A stretch of DNA of 64,000 bases from assembly GCA_051867165.1 (NCBI GenBank), contig JBJDYI010000272.1:1341-65340 (forward strand). The letters run 5' to 3'. The translations under genes and the position numbers were made by a program. This document shows, in pieces, positions 47,997 to 57,735 of the stretch; position 1 is the first letter of the stretch, and each line of letters begins with the position of its first letter. Below the pieces are notes generated by a model, which did no database searches, had not been told where the DNA came from, and saw nothing but the letters and a program-made list of their open reading frames with translations. The DNA is from Faecousia sp. GTDB lineage: Bacteria; Bacillota; Clostridia; Oscillospirales; Oscillospiraceae.

Positions 47997-49926
47997 GCTG
48001 GCTTTCCGGAACGTGGGCCGTCAGATCCGGAATTATCTGATCTATTTCGTCACCGTGGCGCTGAGCATCTCCATGATGTTTGCCGTCAACAATCTCAGCT
48101 TTAGTGACCAGATCCGGTCGCTTTCCGATATCGCTTCGGATGTGCGCACCATGTTCACCATGGTCACAATCCTGTCGTGTCTTGTCACGGCGCTGGTGCT
48201 GAGCTACGCCACGGGCTTCATGCTGAAGCTGCGAAAAAAGGAATTCGGCATGTATCTGACCCTGGGTATGACCCGGCGGAATATCCAGACACTCTTTGTC
48301 TGCGAAACAGGGCTGTTGTCCGGCCTTGCGCTGATGGTGGGCATGGGGGCAGGGCTGGTGATCTTCCAGCTCCTGGCTGCCTTGTTTGCTTCCATCATGG
48401 ACATTCCTTTCACGGTGTCCGCCTATTCCGCGGAGGGAATCCTGCTGACATTGGCCGTCAGTCTTGGCATGTTTCTTCTGTCCACGCTGGTTTCCCTGCG
48501 GTATCTGAAAAAAGCCGCCATGGCGGAACTGCTGAAAGCGGAAGCTGCGGAGAAAAGCGAGAAGCATCCGATTCTCTGGTGCGTTCTTTCGGCGGCGACG
48601 CTGGCGGGCCTCGTTGGCAGTCTGATCGTTACCTACCAGAATCTGATGGCAGCGTTCCGTAATCAGGATGGTGTGATATTGCTTCTTTGGCTTGTGGTGG
48701 ATTTGGTGATGGTCTTTTTGTCTCATTTCACATTGTCCAGAACTTTGGCCGGAATGCTGCTGAGAAGCAAGCGTCTGAAAAACAGGGGCACCAACACGGT
48801 GGTTCTGCGGGGGCTTTCCGGGAAAATGACCGTGAATTCTCTGCTTATCGGCGCTCTGGCCACTCTGCTGGTTTTCGCCATTGTTATGTCCAATGTGGCG
48901 CTGGGGGAGAAGATTTACTCGGACCGCTCCGTAGCGAAGGATTGTCCCTATGATGTGATGGCCATGCTTGACTGCTCTGAGGAGCCGGGCATTTCCATGG
49001 AGGAAGGCCGCCGGATTATAGAGCGGTACAGTCCCATTACCGGAGAACAGGACTATCAACTCTATTCCACAGGTGATACGACCCTTTGCAGCAGTATCAT
49101 GGGATACGAGCTAATGGGCTGGACGGACCTGTATCTGCCCCTGAGCCAGTTTAACCGACTGCTGTCGGACTGCGGCTATGAACCGATCCAACTGAAAAGC
49201 GAGTATCTCATGTGTACCGTCGCTCCGGAAATCGGCGATACCGACTTCTCTGATGTCACTGTAACGCTGAATGGAAACACCTATACCTGGGCTGGGAGCA
49301 GCACTGCTTATCCGGAGTTTACCAGGACATGGTTTTACTTCGTGGTGCCTGACGAGGCCTTGGTGGGGATGCCGGTGTCACACATCTGTACCGCCTACAC
49401 ACTGGAAAACGGCCGCATCGATTCGGAGGCACTGGAGTCCGATCTGACCTACTACCGGGAAACGCCGGAGGGCCCGGATGAAGAATGTGATTACAGAATT
49501 CAGGAGTTTTACCGCTTGTATTCCAACGCTACCGCCGGAACGCTGATTATCGGTACGCTGTATGTTTCTACCGTATTTGTGTGCATGGCATTGGCGATTC
49601 TGTCCATCAAAATGCTGTCCACGCTGGAGGACGAGCGCAGACGCTTTGCGATATTGTATCGTCTGGGCGCGGATGTGAAGATGCAGAAAGCAGCCTTGCG
49701 CAAACAGATTGGTGCATTCTTCCTGATGCCCGCTGCACTGCCGCTGCTGATGACCGTGCCGCTTGGACTGGTCTTTGGAAAGGTCTACGAGATTTGGGGC
49801 TTTGCAGACTTAAGCGGACAGCGGGCCATGGAGACCGCCGTGCTGATCAGTCTCGTGATAGCCGGTGTGTACGCCTTGTACTTTTTCATTACCTACCGTA
49901 TCGCATGTGACCATGTGATTGCGTAA
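47986..49926 (+). CDS. BceB/FtsX-like ABC permease
   Basis: RKKEFGMYLTLGM; about 10 TMs with a large extracellular loop. Confidence 0.9.
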   Translation: MFAKLAFRNVGRQIRNYLIYFVTVALSISMMFAVNNLSFSDQIRSLSDIASDVRTMFTMVTILSCLVTALVLSYATGFMLKLRKKEFGMYLTLGMTRRNIQTLFVCETGLLSGLALMVGMGAGLVIFQLLAALFASIMDIPFTVSAYSAEGILLTLAVSLGMFLLSTLVSLRYLKKAAMAELLKAEAAEKSEKHPILWCVLSAATLAGLVGSLIVTYQNLMAAFRNQDGVILLLWLVVDLVMVFLSHFTLSRTLAGMLLRSKRLKNRGTNTVVLRGLSGKMTVNSLLIGALATLLVFAIVMSNVALGEKIYSDRSVAKDCPYDVMAMLDCSEEPGISMEEGRRIIERYSPITGEQDYQLYSTGDTTLCSSIMGYELMGWTDLYLPLSQFNRLLSDCGYEPIQLKSEYLMCTVAPEIGDTDFSDVTVTLNGNTYTWAGSSTAYPEFTRTWFYFVVPDEALVGMPVSHICTAYTLENGRIDSEALESDLTYYRETPEGPDEECDYRIQEFYRLYSNATAGTLIIGTLYVSTVFVCMALAILSIKMLSTLEDERRRFAILYRLGADVKMQKAALRKQIGAFFLMPAALPLLMTVPLGLVFGKVYEIWGFADLSGQRAMETAVLISLVIAGVYALYFFITYRIACDHVIA

Positions 49927-50065
49927 GGATATTGTATTCCCCCTCCGTGTGGGCTTTATCCCCGCGGAAGAACTGATGAAACAGGAAACGGCATGACCGA
50001 AGCCATGCCGTTCCTGCGAAAATGTGATATTACTTTCTTATGCCCCCGGCCATATCGGGGATTTT

Positions 50066-51715
50066 TTATGCTTCCGGTACGGGATCCGGGGTAGGTGTGG
50101 GATCCGGGGTAGGTGTTGGGTCAGGGGTAGGTGTTGGATCGGGAGTAGGTGTGGGATCCGGGGCAGGCTTATAATCGTCCTTGGAATTTTCCTTTTCCTG
50201 TTCCTCCCGCTCGGCTTCCTCTCTGGCGGCCTGCTGGGCCAGGATCCGATCGACACTGTCCAGGTCGAAAACTTCCCGGATGAACTTGTAATATTCGCTG
50301 TATGTGATGCCCACGTCATCATACTTCCAGCCCAGGCTCAGCGGATTGCTGCCGGTAAAACGCACCCAGCAGTCAGGGTGGCTTTCCTCAAAGGCCGTTT
50401 GGGTTGCCTTGTCAATCTTGGGTCCCAGGTAAACAAACCGCTCCAGAGGCAGATCCTGGATGGGAGTCAGATCTGTTACCTTGGAGAAGCCGATGTTTAA
50501 AAACCGAAGCTTTTCACAGTTTTGAAGGGCGGAGATATCTTCCAGGGCGTAGCAGTTTGCCATTTCCAGGAATACCAGGTTTTTGCAGTTTGCCAAAGCG
50601 TCCACATTCTTGACAGAAGAGCCGGAGAGGATGAGGATCTCCAGGTCAGGCATGTAAGAAGCGAAGCTGATGTCGGTCAGGGTGGTGTTGTGACCCATGT
50701 CGATGTATTTCAGGCTGGTGCAGTACTTCAGAATTTCGTTGTGGCTGTTTTCCACGCCGTAAACGGTTCTCAGGGTCGTCTCATCGGTCAGCAGGGAATA
50801 CTGGCCGCCAAAACTGACGCGCCAGACAATTTTGGTGTCGGGATAATCCGCCTGGATGCCGGCCAGAACCTCATTGTCAAGACCGCAGTTTTCCAGTTTG
50901 AAATAGGTGCAGTTGGGCATGATGTCCAGAGCGGCACGGATCTGGGCCTCTCCGGCATTGCCGATGAATGTGTCCTGATATTCCACCCGATCCTGTGCGG
51001 TGGACAGGGTTTTCCCGAAAAGATCAAAGGTATAGTGGAAGGTGATCTCCGGGAATGCCTGCATCAGGGATGCCACATCCTCCATGGACATCAGTTCCGG
51101 CAGCGTCACATCTGTCAGTGCAGGCAGAAGGACCAACTTGCCGGTGAAGGCTTCCGGATCAGTGATGGCCGCTGTGCTCAGATCCAGCTGTGTCACATTG
51201 GGTAAATATTCCCGGCCCAGCAGATCCACACTGTATTCCACGGACAACGCAGGGAAGGCTTCCTTCAGCGTGGTTAATTCTTCCAGGGTCAGGTTCGTTT
51301 TGGGCAGAGCAAGGGATTTGAGATTGGGCAGATACTTCAGCTGGGCCCGGAGGGAGGTGACGTCATAAGTACCGGGCTCCAGGGTGGCTTCTGCTTCGTC
51401 GTTGAACAGGGTCAGTCCGCCCAGCGGCGCATAATAGACCACCTCTACATTGGGGTGGTTTTTGATGTATTCCAGAATCAGGTCGTAACAGGTGCTTCCG
51501 CTCAGGTCCAGATACTTCAGATTCACGCACTCTTCCAGCAACGCAAAATCCTCCGCAGTGGCGGCAACGGTCAGAACCTCCGCCTTTTTTCGAAGGAAGG
51601 CGAAATTGGGAACGGTGGGTTCAGCCTCTTCATTGCGATTACAGCCTGCAAAGAGCAGTGCCACCATAGACAGGCACAAAAGAAGAGAGATTACTTTCCA
51701 GCTTACAGATTTCAT
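50066..51715 (-). CDS. Leucine-rich-repeat lipoprotein with C-terminal (PDPTPT)n tail
   Basis: Lipobox LFAGC; LxxLxL repeats. Confidence 0.85.
   Translation of the reverse strand: MKSVSWKVISLLLCLSMVALLFAGCNRNEEAEPTVPNFAFLRKKAEVLTVAATAEDFALLEECVNLKYLDLSGSTCYDLILEYIKNHPNVEVVYYAPLGGLTLFNDEAEATLEPGTYDVTSLRAQLKYLPNLKSLALPKTNLTLEELTTLKEAFPALSVEYSVDLLGREYLPNVTQLDLSTAAITDPEAFTGKLVLLPALTDVTLPELMSMEDVASLMQAFPEITFHYTFDLFGKTLSTAQDRVEYQDTFIGNAGEAQIRAALDIMPNCTYFKLENCGLDNEVLAGIQADYPDTKIVWRVSFGGQYSLLTDETTLRTVYGVENSHNEILKYCTSLKYIDMGHNTTLTDISFASYMPDLEILILSGSSVKNVDALANCKNLVFLEMANCYALEDISALQNCEKLRFLNIGFSKVTDLTPIQDLPLERFVYLGPKIDKATQTAFEESHPDCWVRFTGSNPLSLGWKYDDVGITYSEYYKFIREVFDLDSVDRILAQQAAREEAEREEQEKENSKDDYKPAPDPTPTPDPTPTPDPTPTPDPTPTPDPVPEA
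50075..50165 (-). repeat. 18 bp coding tandem repeat (PDPTPT x4 plus partial copy)
   Basis: GGATCCGGGGTAGGTGTG-like units. Confidence 0.9.
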
Positions 51716-51803
51716 GGAAATGCCTCCAGTTACTATAATAAAATATGATAGCACAGGAGTGGTAAAAATGCAAGAAAGGGTCGGCAGATTCCGGATAACT
51801 TAA

Positions 51804-51830
51804 TAAAGCGGACAGCGAAAGCTGTCCGCC
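51804..51830 (-). terminator. Terminator of the ssp gene
   Basis: GCGGACAGC-tttc-GCTGTCCGC-TTT on the minus strand. Confidence 0.8.
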
Positions 51831-51836
51831 TGGGGA

Positions 51837-51956
51837 TTACTGCAGGTTCTGCTCGTAGGCTTCGATCATCTTCTTGACCATCTGGCCGCCCACGGAGCCG
51901 GCTTCCCGGGAAGTCAGGTGACCGTTGTAGCCGTTGGTCAGGTTGACGCCAACTTC
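51837..51956 (-). pseudogene. ssp: 3' half of an alpha/beta-type small acid-soluble spore protein gene (no start codon)
   Basis: EVGVNLTNGYNGHLTSREAGSVGGQMVKKMIEAYEQNLQ*; similarity ends at about 51959, next to the recombinase stop. Confidence 0.92.
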
Positions 51957-51977
51957 CCTTGGTGTTCCTGTTACATC

Positions 51978-53741
51978 TTAAACTTCCCCATCAACCAGGA
52001 TTTCATCCCGGAGACAGGGTGAAAATTCCCGTTCGGGTTCCCCTGCGATTTCTCCGATGAATTTGTAGAAAATTCTCACAGACTGGGTGTAGGTGGCATT
52101 CTTCCTGGGCATCTTCTGATACCCTTCCGGGAGCACCTTATCGCCAATCTCAATCCGGTCAACAAAGGTCACCAGGGTATCCCGGTCAAGGGTTTCAATG
52201 TGGGTGTACTGCTTTGCCAGTGCGAAGAACCGTTCGTAGTTCTCGGCAATTTCTTCGGCAGGATCGGGGGCATCCAGTTCGGAGATTTTCTGTTCAAGCA
52301 AGTTTGCCTCTTTTTCCAGGTCGGCCACAACCCGTTCCAGCCGTTCATCGGAGATTTTCCCCTGGGCATTGTCCGAATACATCTTGGTGATCATTCGGTC
52401 AATCATGTTCAGACGGTTCCGGGCCTGTTCGACATGTTTTTTTCTGTCCGCGGCGTTTGTAGTGGAATGTTCCTTGGCAATGACGGAATCCACCAGCGCT
52501 TTGATCTCGGCATCCGTCAACGAAATCAAGGAATTCAAGTCCTGCCGGACAATCTCACAGATGTGGGCGTAGCGGATGGAAACACCATCACAGGGATCAG
52601 AAATATCCCGGCGTGTATGGTTGCAGGAAAGAAACCAATATTTCAGTCGTTCGCCCTTGTGCACGGTTCCGGAGGAACACAGGGCATAGCCGCATTTCCC
52701 ACAGAAGGCGATGCCCCCAAAGATGCTTTTGCGAACATGATCGTGCTTCCGATAGTCCCGTGTACCCTTCCCCAGATTGACATGGGCTTTCTCAAAGGTT
52801 TCCACCGTGACCAGCGGCTCATGGGTGCCGGGGGTAACGGTCCAATCCTCCACGGGAATGGGAACTTTCTTTTCTGACTTGACGCTGACCTTCTTCGTCT
52901 TTCCCAAAACGGTGTCACCCAGATAAACCCGGTTTTGCAGAATCCGCTTGACTGTGGTGTAGTTCCAGATGTCAGAAGCCCTTGCCGCGCCTTCCGCGGA
53001 GAAGTTGTCCCGGTAGAGAACCCGGTACTTGAGCGGCGGGATAATACCCTCTGCGCTTAAATCCATTGCAATCTTTCGACAGGAATCGCCGGCGGCGGCC
53101 CGCTGAAAGATTCTCTTTACGATGGGAGCCGTTTGGACATCAGGAATCAAAACATCCTTGGTTTGGGGATCTTTTGCATACCCATAGGGAGGACAGGCGC
53201 AATACTCGCCTCTGCTCCGCTTCATTTTGAGGACATCCTTGATCTTCCGGGAACCATCCCGCAGGTAAACCTCGTTCATGGCGAATTGGAACGGCGCCAT
53301 TACATTCTCGGTTTCGGAATCAAAGTTATCCGCAATCGCAATGTAGCGAATCTGATTCTCCGGAAAAAACTGCTCTGCGTAATAGCTGGATTCTCTCATG
53401 TCACGGCCCAACCGGGACAAATCCTTGGTGATGACCATGTTTGCCATCCCTCGCTCCAGCGCGCGCATCATGGACTGAAAGCCGGGACGTTCAAAGTTGC
53501 CTCCCGACCAGCCATCGTCCACAAAGAATTGAAGGAGCGTAATATTGTTCTGATGGCAGTATGCTTCGACAATTTTCTTTTGGTTGGAGATGCTGGAGGA
53601 TTCTCCTTTTTGCGCCTCTTCCCGTGACAGCCGGTAATAAGCGAAGGCAAGGAGCCGATGGGTGACAGATGATGTTGGAGCCTGTCCGGCCAAACCATGG
53701 ATTGCGCCGTGATTGGTATAAGTTCTGTTTGCAGCTTTCAT
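51978..53741 (-). CDS. Large serine recombinase (TndX/TnpX/SpoIVCA-like architecture)
   Basis: YYRLS catalytic Ser, SISNQ, DDGWSG..RP, KDLSRLGR, PPYGY, CGKCG Zn ribbon, coiled coil. Confidence 0.96.
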   Translation of the reverse strand: MKAANRTYTNHGAIHGLAGQAPTSSVTHRLLAFAYYRLSREEAQKGESSSISNQKKIVEAYCHQNNITLLQFFVDDGWSGGNFERPGFQSMMRALERGMANMVITKDLSRLGRDMRESSYYAEQFFPENQIRYIAIADNFDSETENVMAPFQFAMNEVYLRDGSRKIKDVLKMKRSRGEYCACPPYGYAKDPQTKDVLIPDVQTAPIVKRIFQRAAAGDSCRKIAMDLSAEGIIPPLKYRVLYRDNFSAEGAARASDIWNYTTVKRILQNRVYLGDTVLGKTKKVSVKSEKKVPIPVEDWTVTPGTHEPLVTVETFEKAHVNLGKGTRDYRKHDHVRKSIFGGIAFCGKCGYALCSSGTVHKGERLKYWFLSCNHTRRDISDPCDGVSIRYAHICEIVRQDLNSLISLTDAEIKALVDSVIAKEHSTTNAADRKKHVEQARNRLNMIDRMITKMYSDNAQGKISDERLERVVADLEKEANLLEQKISELDAPDPAEEIAENYERFFALAKQYTHIETLDRDTLVTFVDRIEIGDKVLPEGYQKMPRKNATYTQSVRIFYKFIGEIAGEPEREFSPCLRDEILVDGEV

Positions 53742-53926
53742 TGTGCCTCCTCACAACGAAGACTATTACCGCCGTTATTATAGGAAAAAGGGACGGCGTC
53801 TGTCAAAGGAAAAAGCTGGGAATGATCCGCCTGTAACCGCTCCTGAAGCAGTTCGGGGACGGATTTTTTGCCGACAAAAACACGCCGCACAAGATAGGTT
53901 GTGTTCTCAATTTGAATCGATTCCAT
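53738..53926 (-). CDS. Small protein coupled to the recombinase (TnpW-like; possible accessory/directionality factor)
   Basis: MESIQIENTTYLVRRVFVGKKSV...; stop overlaps the recombinase ATG; RBS AGGAAGG. Confidence 0.65.
   Translation of the reverse strand: MESIQIENTTYLVRRVFVGKKSVPELLQERLQADHSQLFPLTDAVPFSYNNGGNSLRCEEAQ
53777..53806 (-). promoter_or_regulatory. Consensus sigmaA promoter for the recombinase, inside the small ORF
   Basis: TTGACA-N18-TATAAT. Confidence 0.7.
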
Positions 53927-53968
53927 AAGAGTACCTTCCTGTTTGCAGTTTGTCTTTCTATCTGCTGT

Positions 53969-53998
53969 TATTCTTTTCAAATTTTGGACGCTTTATGC
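53969..53998 (-). promoter_or_regulatory. sigmaF-like promoter upstream of the small ORF and recombinase
   Basis: GCATA-N15-GAAAAGAATA versus B. subtilis sigmaF consensus GYATA-N15-GGnnAnAHTR. Confidence 0.5.
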
Positions 53999-54088
53999 AA
54001 GCTCTTCCTGCACTCGGCTTCCGGTGATGCTGGCAATATAAAAGCCACCGTTTTCATAAGAAAACGGTGGCGAATTTTGTCATAGGGG

Positions 54089-54637
54089 CTACTTGCCGGG
54101 GGCGTTTTGGGCACGGCTGGCGTACATGGCCTGTTCGGCCCGGGCCACAAGACGGTCAAACTCCGATCCCGGGCCGTGGGCACTGCCGCAGGAACCGGGA
54201 ACCGCATCATTTGGCCAGCGGAGGGACAGGAAAAAATCGGAGGGCCCGGAGGGAAAAACCAGCAGGAATTCATCTCCGCCCACGCGATAGACGTCCGCGT
54301 CTTTGCCGCAGGCAGTCCGAAGGAACCGACCGGAATCCCGGAGAAGCAGATCCCCGGCGGTGTGCCCTTCGGTGTCATTGACCCGCTTCAGATGGTCCAG
54401 ATCGAGATAGAATACCCAAAGGTCGGCGGCTTTTTTGTACCGTTTTTTTCGGCTGTCCAGATGGTACAGATTGTTCAGCCCGGTCAGGGAGTCTGTTCGG
54501 CTCTGGCGGAAGAGCCGAAGGGAACAGGCCAGGAGCACCCCCAGGCAGGCCAGCGCCGCAAGACAAAAAAGGGGGTAAATTGCCGTCAGCAGGATGAAGC
54601 AGGCGCAAATCGCGGATAAAGCCAGTAAAAATTCCAT
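54089..54637 (-). CDS. Membrane-anchored GGDEF diguanylate cyclase
   Basis: Two TMs, DSLTGL.N, DLDHLKRVNDTEGH..GD, RVGGDEF; hairpin terminator at 54041-54078. Confidence 0.9.
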   Translation of the reverse strand: MEFLLALSAICACFILLTAIYPLFCLAALACLGVLLACSLRLFRQSRTDSLTGLNNLYHLDSRKKRYKKAADLWVFYLDLDHLKRVNDTEGHTAGDLLLRDSGRFLRTACGKDADVYRVGGDEFLLVFPSGPSDFFLSLRWPNDAVPGSCGSAHGPGSEFDRLVARAEQAMYASRAQNAPGK

Positions 54638-54740
54638 AAAATGCTCCTTATTTTGTGCTTCCCATGGTCCCGGGGCGGGAAAGGGGAGGCAGTGGGATGA
54701 TGAAAAACGCACCCGGCAGTATTGCCGGGTGCGTGAATTT

Positions 54741-55298
54741 TTATGCCAGGCCGGTGTGCTCGAAGAAGGTGATGGTGGCGGTGACGGTGACACCGGAGAC
54801 CATCATATCGTCATCCTGACTGGCGATGGCGAGATTGCTGACAAGGCAGCGCCACTGGCTGTCGGTCAGATCTTTGATGACCCGTTTGGCGGAGGCGTAG
54901 GTGCTGCAGCGGAAGTTCATGGAGATATTCCGGCGGACGGTGCCGTCCTCCTGCACTTCGGGGTCGGTAAAGCTCAGGGAGTAGTCCTGGGTGCGGGAGA
55001 GGATACCGTAAAGCTGGTTGAGCACCACTTCCTTGTTGTCATAGGGAGCGATTTCGGTGATCTCGCTGGCAGGACGGGAGAAGATCACGTCCAGCTCGTC
55101 CTGCATTTCGTCCATTTTCTTGACCTTGGTCATGGCGGTGGTGATCTGAGTATCCAGCTGGGAGGACTGCAGGGAGATGGAGGTCAGTTCGTCTTGCAGG
55201 GGGGTATAGAAGCCCAGGTAGTACAGCAGGCCGATGACCAGCACCACCAGGAGTGTCAGCATGACAATTTCCCGGGCAGAGAGTTTGCCTTTTTTCAT
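54741..55298 (-). CDS. pilO: Type IV pilus PilO-like protein
   Basis: LSARE-TM-coiled coil; follows pilN; terminator at 54704-54734. Confidence 0.75.
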   Translation of the reverse strand: MKKGKLSAREIVMLTLLVVLVIGLLYYLGFYTPLQDELTSISLQSSQLDTQITTAMTKVKKMDEMQDELDVIFSRPASEITEIAPYDNKEVVLNQLYGILSRTQDYSLSFTDPEVQEDGTVRRNISMNFRCSTYASAKRVIKDLTDSQWRCLVSNLAIASQDDDMMVSGVTVTATITFFEHTGLA

Positions 55299-55299
55299 A

Positions 55300-55887
55300 T
55301 TATTCCTCCGCCTCCTTGGTCAGAATGATGCTCATAAAGATCTTCGCCTGTTCGGCGTCCTCGGCGACCGCGTTGTAAACGGTGGCGCTCTTCACCAGGT
55401 CGTTGGTTTCCAGCCGTTTGACCATGGCGCTGGCCTCTTCCAGGGTAATGCCGTGGATATTCAGGGTCAGCACATTGTTGTTCACGGCCATGTTGTCGAT
55501 GATGGCCTTGGGAGCGATGTACTTTTCCATCAGGTTCAGCACATCCATGCGGCTGACCAGATTGATTTCGGTATCGTTCATCCAGCCGTAGCTGTACCGG
55601 CCGTACTCCATGGCCAGTTCATCGTAGCCTGCCAGCTTGGTGTTGATGGCGGCCAGCTGCTCCTGCTTCTGGGCCAGCTGGGTGTAAGCCTGCGTCTTTT
55701 TGGCAAGGGGAGAAATGATGCCGAATTGGGCGAAGAGAGCCGCAGCAAGGACGATCACCAGCACAATGGGAAGCACCTTTTTGGGGTTAAAGCTGCTCTG
55801 GTGGTGCACAAAGTTCATGGTGTTCTTGCTGGGCGCCACCGGGGTATTCTTTTTCAGAGATTTCTTGGGACTTTGCTTGTCTGCCAT
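55300..55887 (-). CDS. pilN: Type IV pilus PilN-like protein
   Basis: MNF motif, TM, coiled coil; follows pilM. Confidence 0.75.
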   Translation of the reverse strand: MADKQSPKKSLKKNTPVAPSKNTMNFVHHQSSFNPKKVLPIVLVIVLAAALFAQFGIISPLAKKTQAYTQLAQKQEQLAAINTKLAGYDELAMEYGRYSYGWMNDTEINLVSRMDVLNLMEKYIAPKAIIDNMAVNNNVLTLNIHGITLEEASAMVKRLETNDLVKSATVYNAVAEDAEQAKIFMSIILTKEAEE

Positions 55888-55902
55888 TTGTGATGTCCTC
55901 CT

Positions 55903-56889
55903 TTACTTCTGAATGGCTGCGCCGGCGGCCAGAGCGCAGTACAGCGCCTGATCAGAGGCCACGTCGCCCAGACGAACCAGGCGGTGAACATGGTGCATGG
56001 TCATGCCGGTTGCCTTCAGGATGGCGGTACGCAGGGGCTCGATGACGGAGGAACCGCCGCAGAAATAAAGATGCTCCAGCGGAGCGCCGTCGGAATTATT
56101 GGAGTAGGTGAAGAAGTTGACGGTTTTCATGATCTCGATGGCCACCGCCTGGTAGGCGTCGGTGATGAAGTCAGCGGTCTGAATGTAATTCATGTTGGCT
56201 TCCTTCCGGGTGCGGGCGGAGTAGGTATCGATCTGCTGCTCGGCGGCGATGGTTTCATCGATGAGGGCGCCGGCCATATCGATGTCCTTGCCCATGACGA
56301 AATTGCCGTCCACGAAGATATTGACCCGGGTGGTGTGGTGGCCGATGTCCACGACGCACAGCTTTTTGGGCAGGCTGGGGGCCTGACGGATCAGATTGCA
56401 CCAGGCCATTTCAGGGGGCGTGGCGATTTTCAGGGTCAGACCGGCCTTTTTGAGGATGGCGTAGTATTCCTCCACCAGATCCCGACGAACGGCGGCGGCG
56501 TAGAGGGTCATGGAATTGCCCTGCACATCCTGCACGACGTAGTCGTAGTCATAGTGAGCGGCGTCCTTTCCCACGAAGTCCCGGAACTCAAAGGGCAGGT
56601 TCAGCTTCAGCTCCGCCTCGCTCATGAGGGGCATGGTGACATGGTGGGAGATGACGGAAGAAGAGGGCAGGACCATGGCGCAGCTGCCGCCGCGGATGCC
56701 GTTGCGCTTCATCATATCCTTCAGGAAGGACACCATGGCGGCGGAAGAGGTGATCCGGCCTTCCCGGACCAGATCCTCGGGCATGGTTTCGACGGCCATT
56801 TTCTTGATCTGACCGCCGGAACTGACGGCCATTTTCACGGTGTTGCTGCCGAATTCAACACCGATCATACGGGATGTGACAGATGCCAT
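55903..56889 (-). CDS. pilM: Type IV pilus PilM (actin-like)
   Basis: IGVEFGS..VK, VDIGH..T, FCGGSS. Confidence 0.88.
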   Translation of the reverse strand: MASVTSRMIGVEFGSNTVKMAVSSGGQIKKMAVETMPEDLVREGRITSSAAMVSFLKDMMKRNGIRGGSCAMVLPSSSVISHHVTMPLMSEAELKLNLPFEFRDFVGKDAAHYDYDYVVQDVQGNSMTLYAAAVRRDLVEEYYAILKKAGLTLKIATPPEMAWCNLIRQAPSLPKKLCVVDIGHHTTRVNIFVDGNFVMGKDIDMAGALIDETIAAEQQIDTYSARTRKEANMNYIQTADFITDAYQAVAIEIMKTVNFFTYSNNSDGAPLEHLYFCGGSSVIEPLRTAILKATGMTMHHVHRLVRLGDVASDQALYCALAAGAAIQK

Positions 56890-56936
56890 TTATGTAACCT
56901 CCAGACTTGCGGGATGCAAGTGAAAATATCTCTGTA

Positions 56937-57725
56937 TTAAAACAGGCTCAGGTACCAGCTGACGATGGGGTCGCCGGCGAACAGGGTGATGACGGCGGCG
57001 ATGCTCAGGGCGGGGCCGAAGGGGAAGGCAGTGTCTTTGCCGGCCTTCAGGATGATGGTGCCCATGGCGATGCCCACGATGCAGGCTACCATCACCATCA
57101 GCAGGCACTGGGGCAGGCTCAGGTACATGCCGATGACGAACAGCAGCTTGATGTCGCCGCCGCCCATGGTGTCCTTTTTCAGCACCTTGTCCATGATCAG
57201 GCTCAGGACCAGCACCGCGCCGGCGATCATCAGTCCGGGGGCCGCGCCCCGGCCAAGGGCAGGAAGGCCGCCGGTGAGCAGAAGCTCCGCAGCCCGGACC
57301 AGGATGGGAATCACCAGAAACCGGTCCGGGATGATCTGGGTGTCCAGATCCACAAGGGACAGGGTAAACAGGCAGCAGCAGAAAACCATAGGGCTGACGA
57401 TGGCGGGGTTGACGCCGTATTTGAACAGCAGCCCCACGAAAACCGCCGCCAGGGTTGCTTCCGTGATGGGGTAGCGCATGGAGATGGGGGCGCCGCAGTG
57501 GCGGCATTTTCCCTTCTGGGCCAGCCAGCTGACCAGGGGAATCAGCTCCAGGGGAGCAAGGGTGTGATGGCAGTGGGGGCAGGCGGAGCGCTGGGAGCCG
57601 GCCCATTTTTCCCCGGCGGCCATGCGCAGGGCCAGGCAGTTCAGGCCGCTGCCCAGCACCAGGCCCAGCAGGGCAAAGAGAACCGCCAGCAAAATCACCA
57701 CGTAGGTGGGAAGATATTCCAGCAT
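56937..57725 (-). CDS. pilD: Prepilin peptidase
   Basis: RSACPHC, GKCRHC, D...IIPD, MGGGDIKL, PFGP. Confidence 0.95.
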   Translation of the reverse strand: MLEYLPTYVVILLAVLFALLGLVLGSGLNCLALRMAAGEKWAGSQRSACPHCHHTLAPLELIPLVSWLAQKGKCRHCGAPISMRYPITEATLAAVFVGLLFKYGVNPAIVSPMVFCCCLFTLSLVDLDTQIIPDRFLVIPILVRAAELLLTGGLPALGRGAAPGLMIAGAVLVLSLIMDKVLKKDTMGGGDIKLLFVIGMYLSLPQCLLMVMVACIVGIAMGTIILKAGKDTAFPFGPALSIAAVITLFAGDPIVSWYLSLF

Positions 57726-57735
57726 ACTTGTCTCC

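Noticed and set aside
50075-50165. CRISPR-like array
   Set aside because: An 18 bp in-frame coding repeat without spacers; no cas genes or CRISPR array seen in the window.
51837-51980. Recombinase-SASP fusion by stop-codon readthrough
   Set aside because: The frames match, but that has a one-in-three chance, and TAA is rarely read through; an att junction explains it better.
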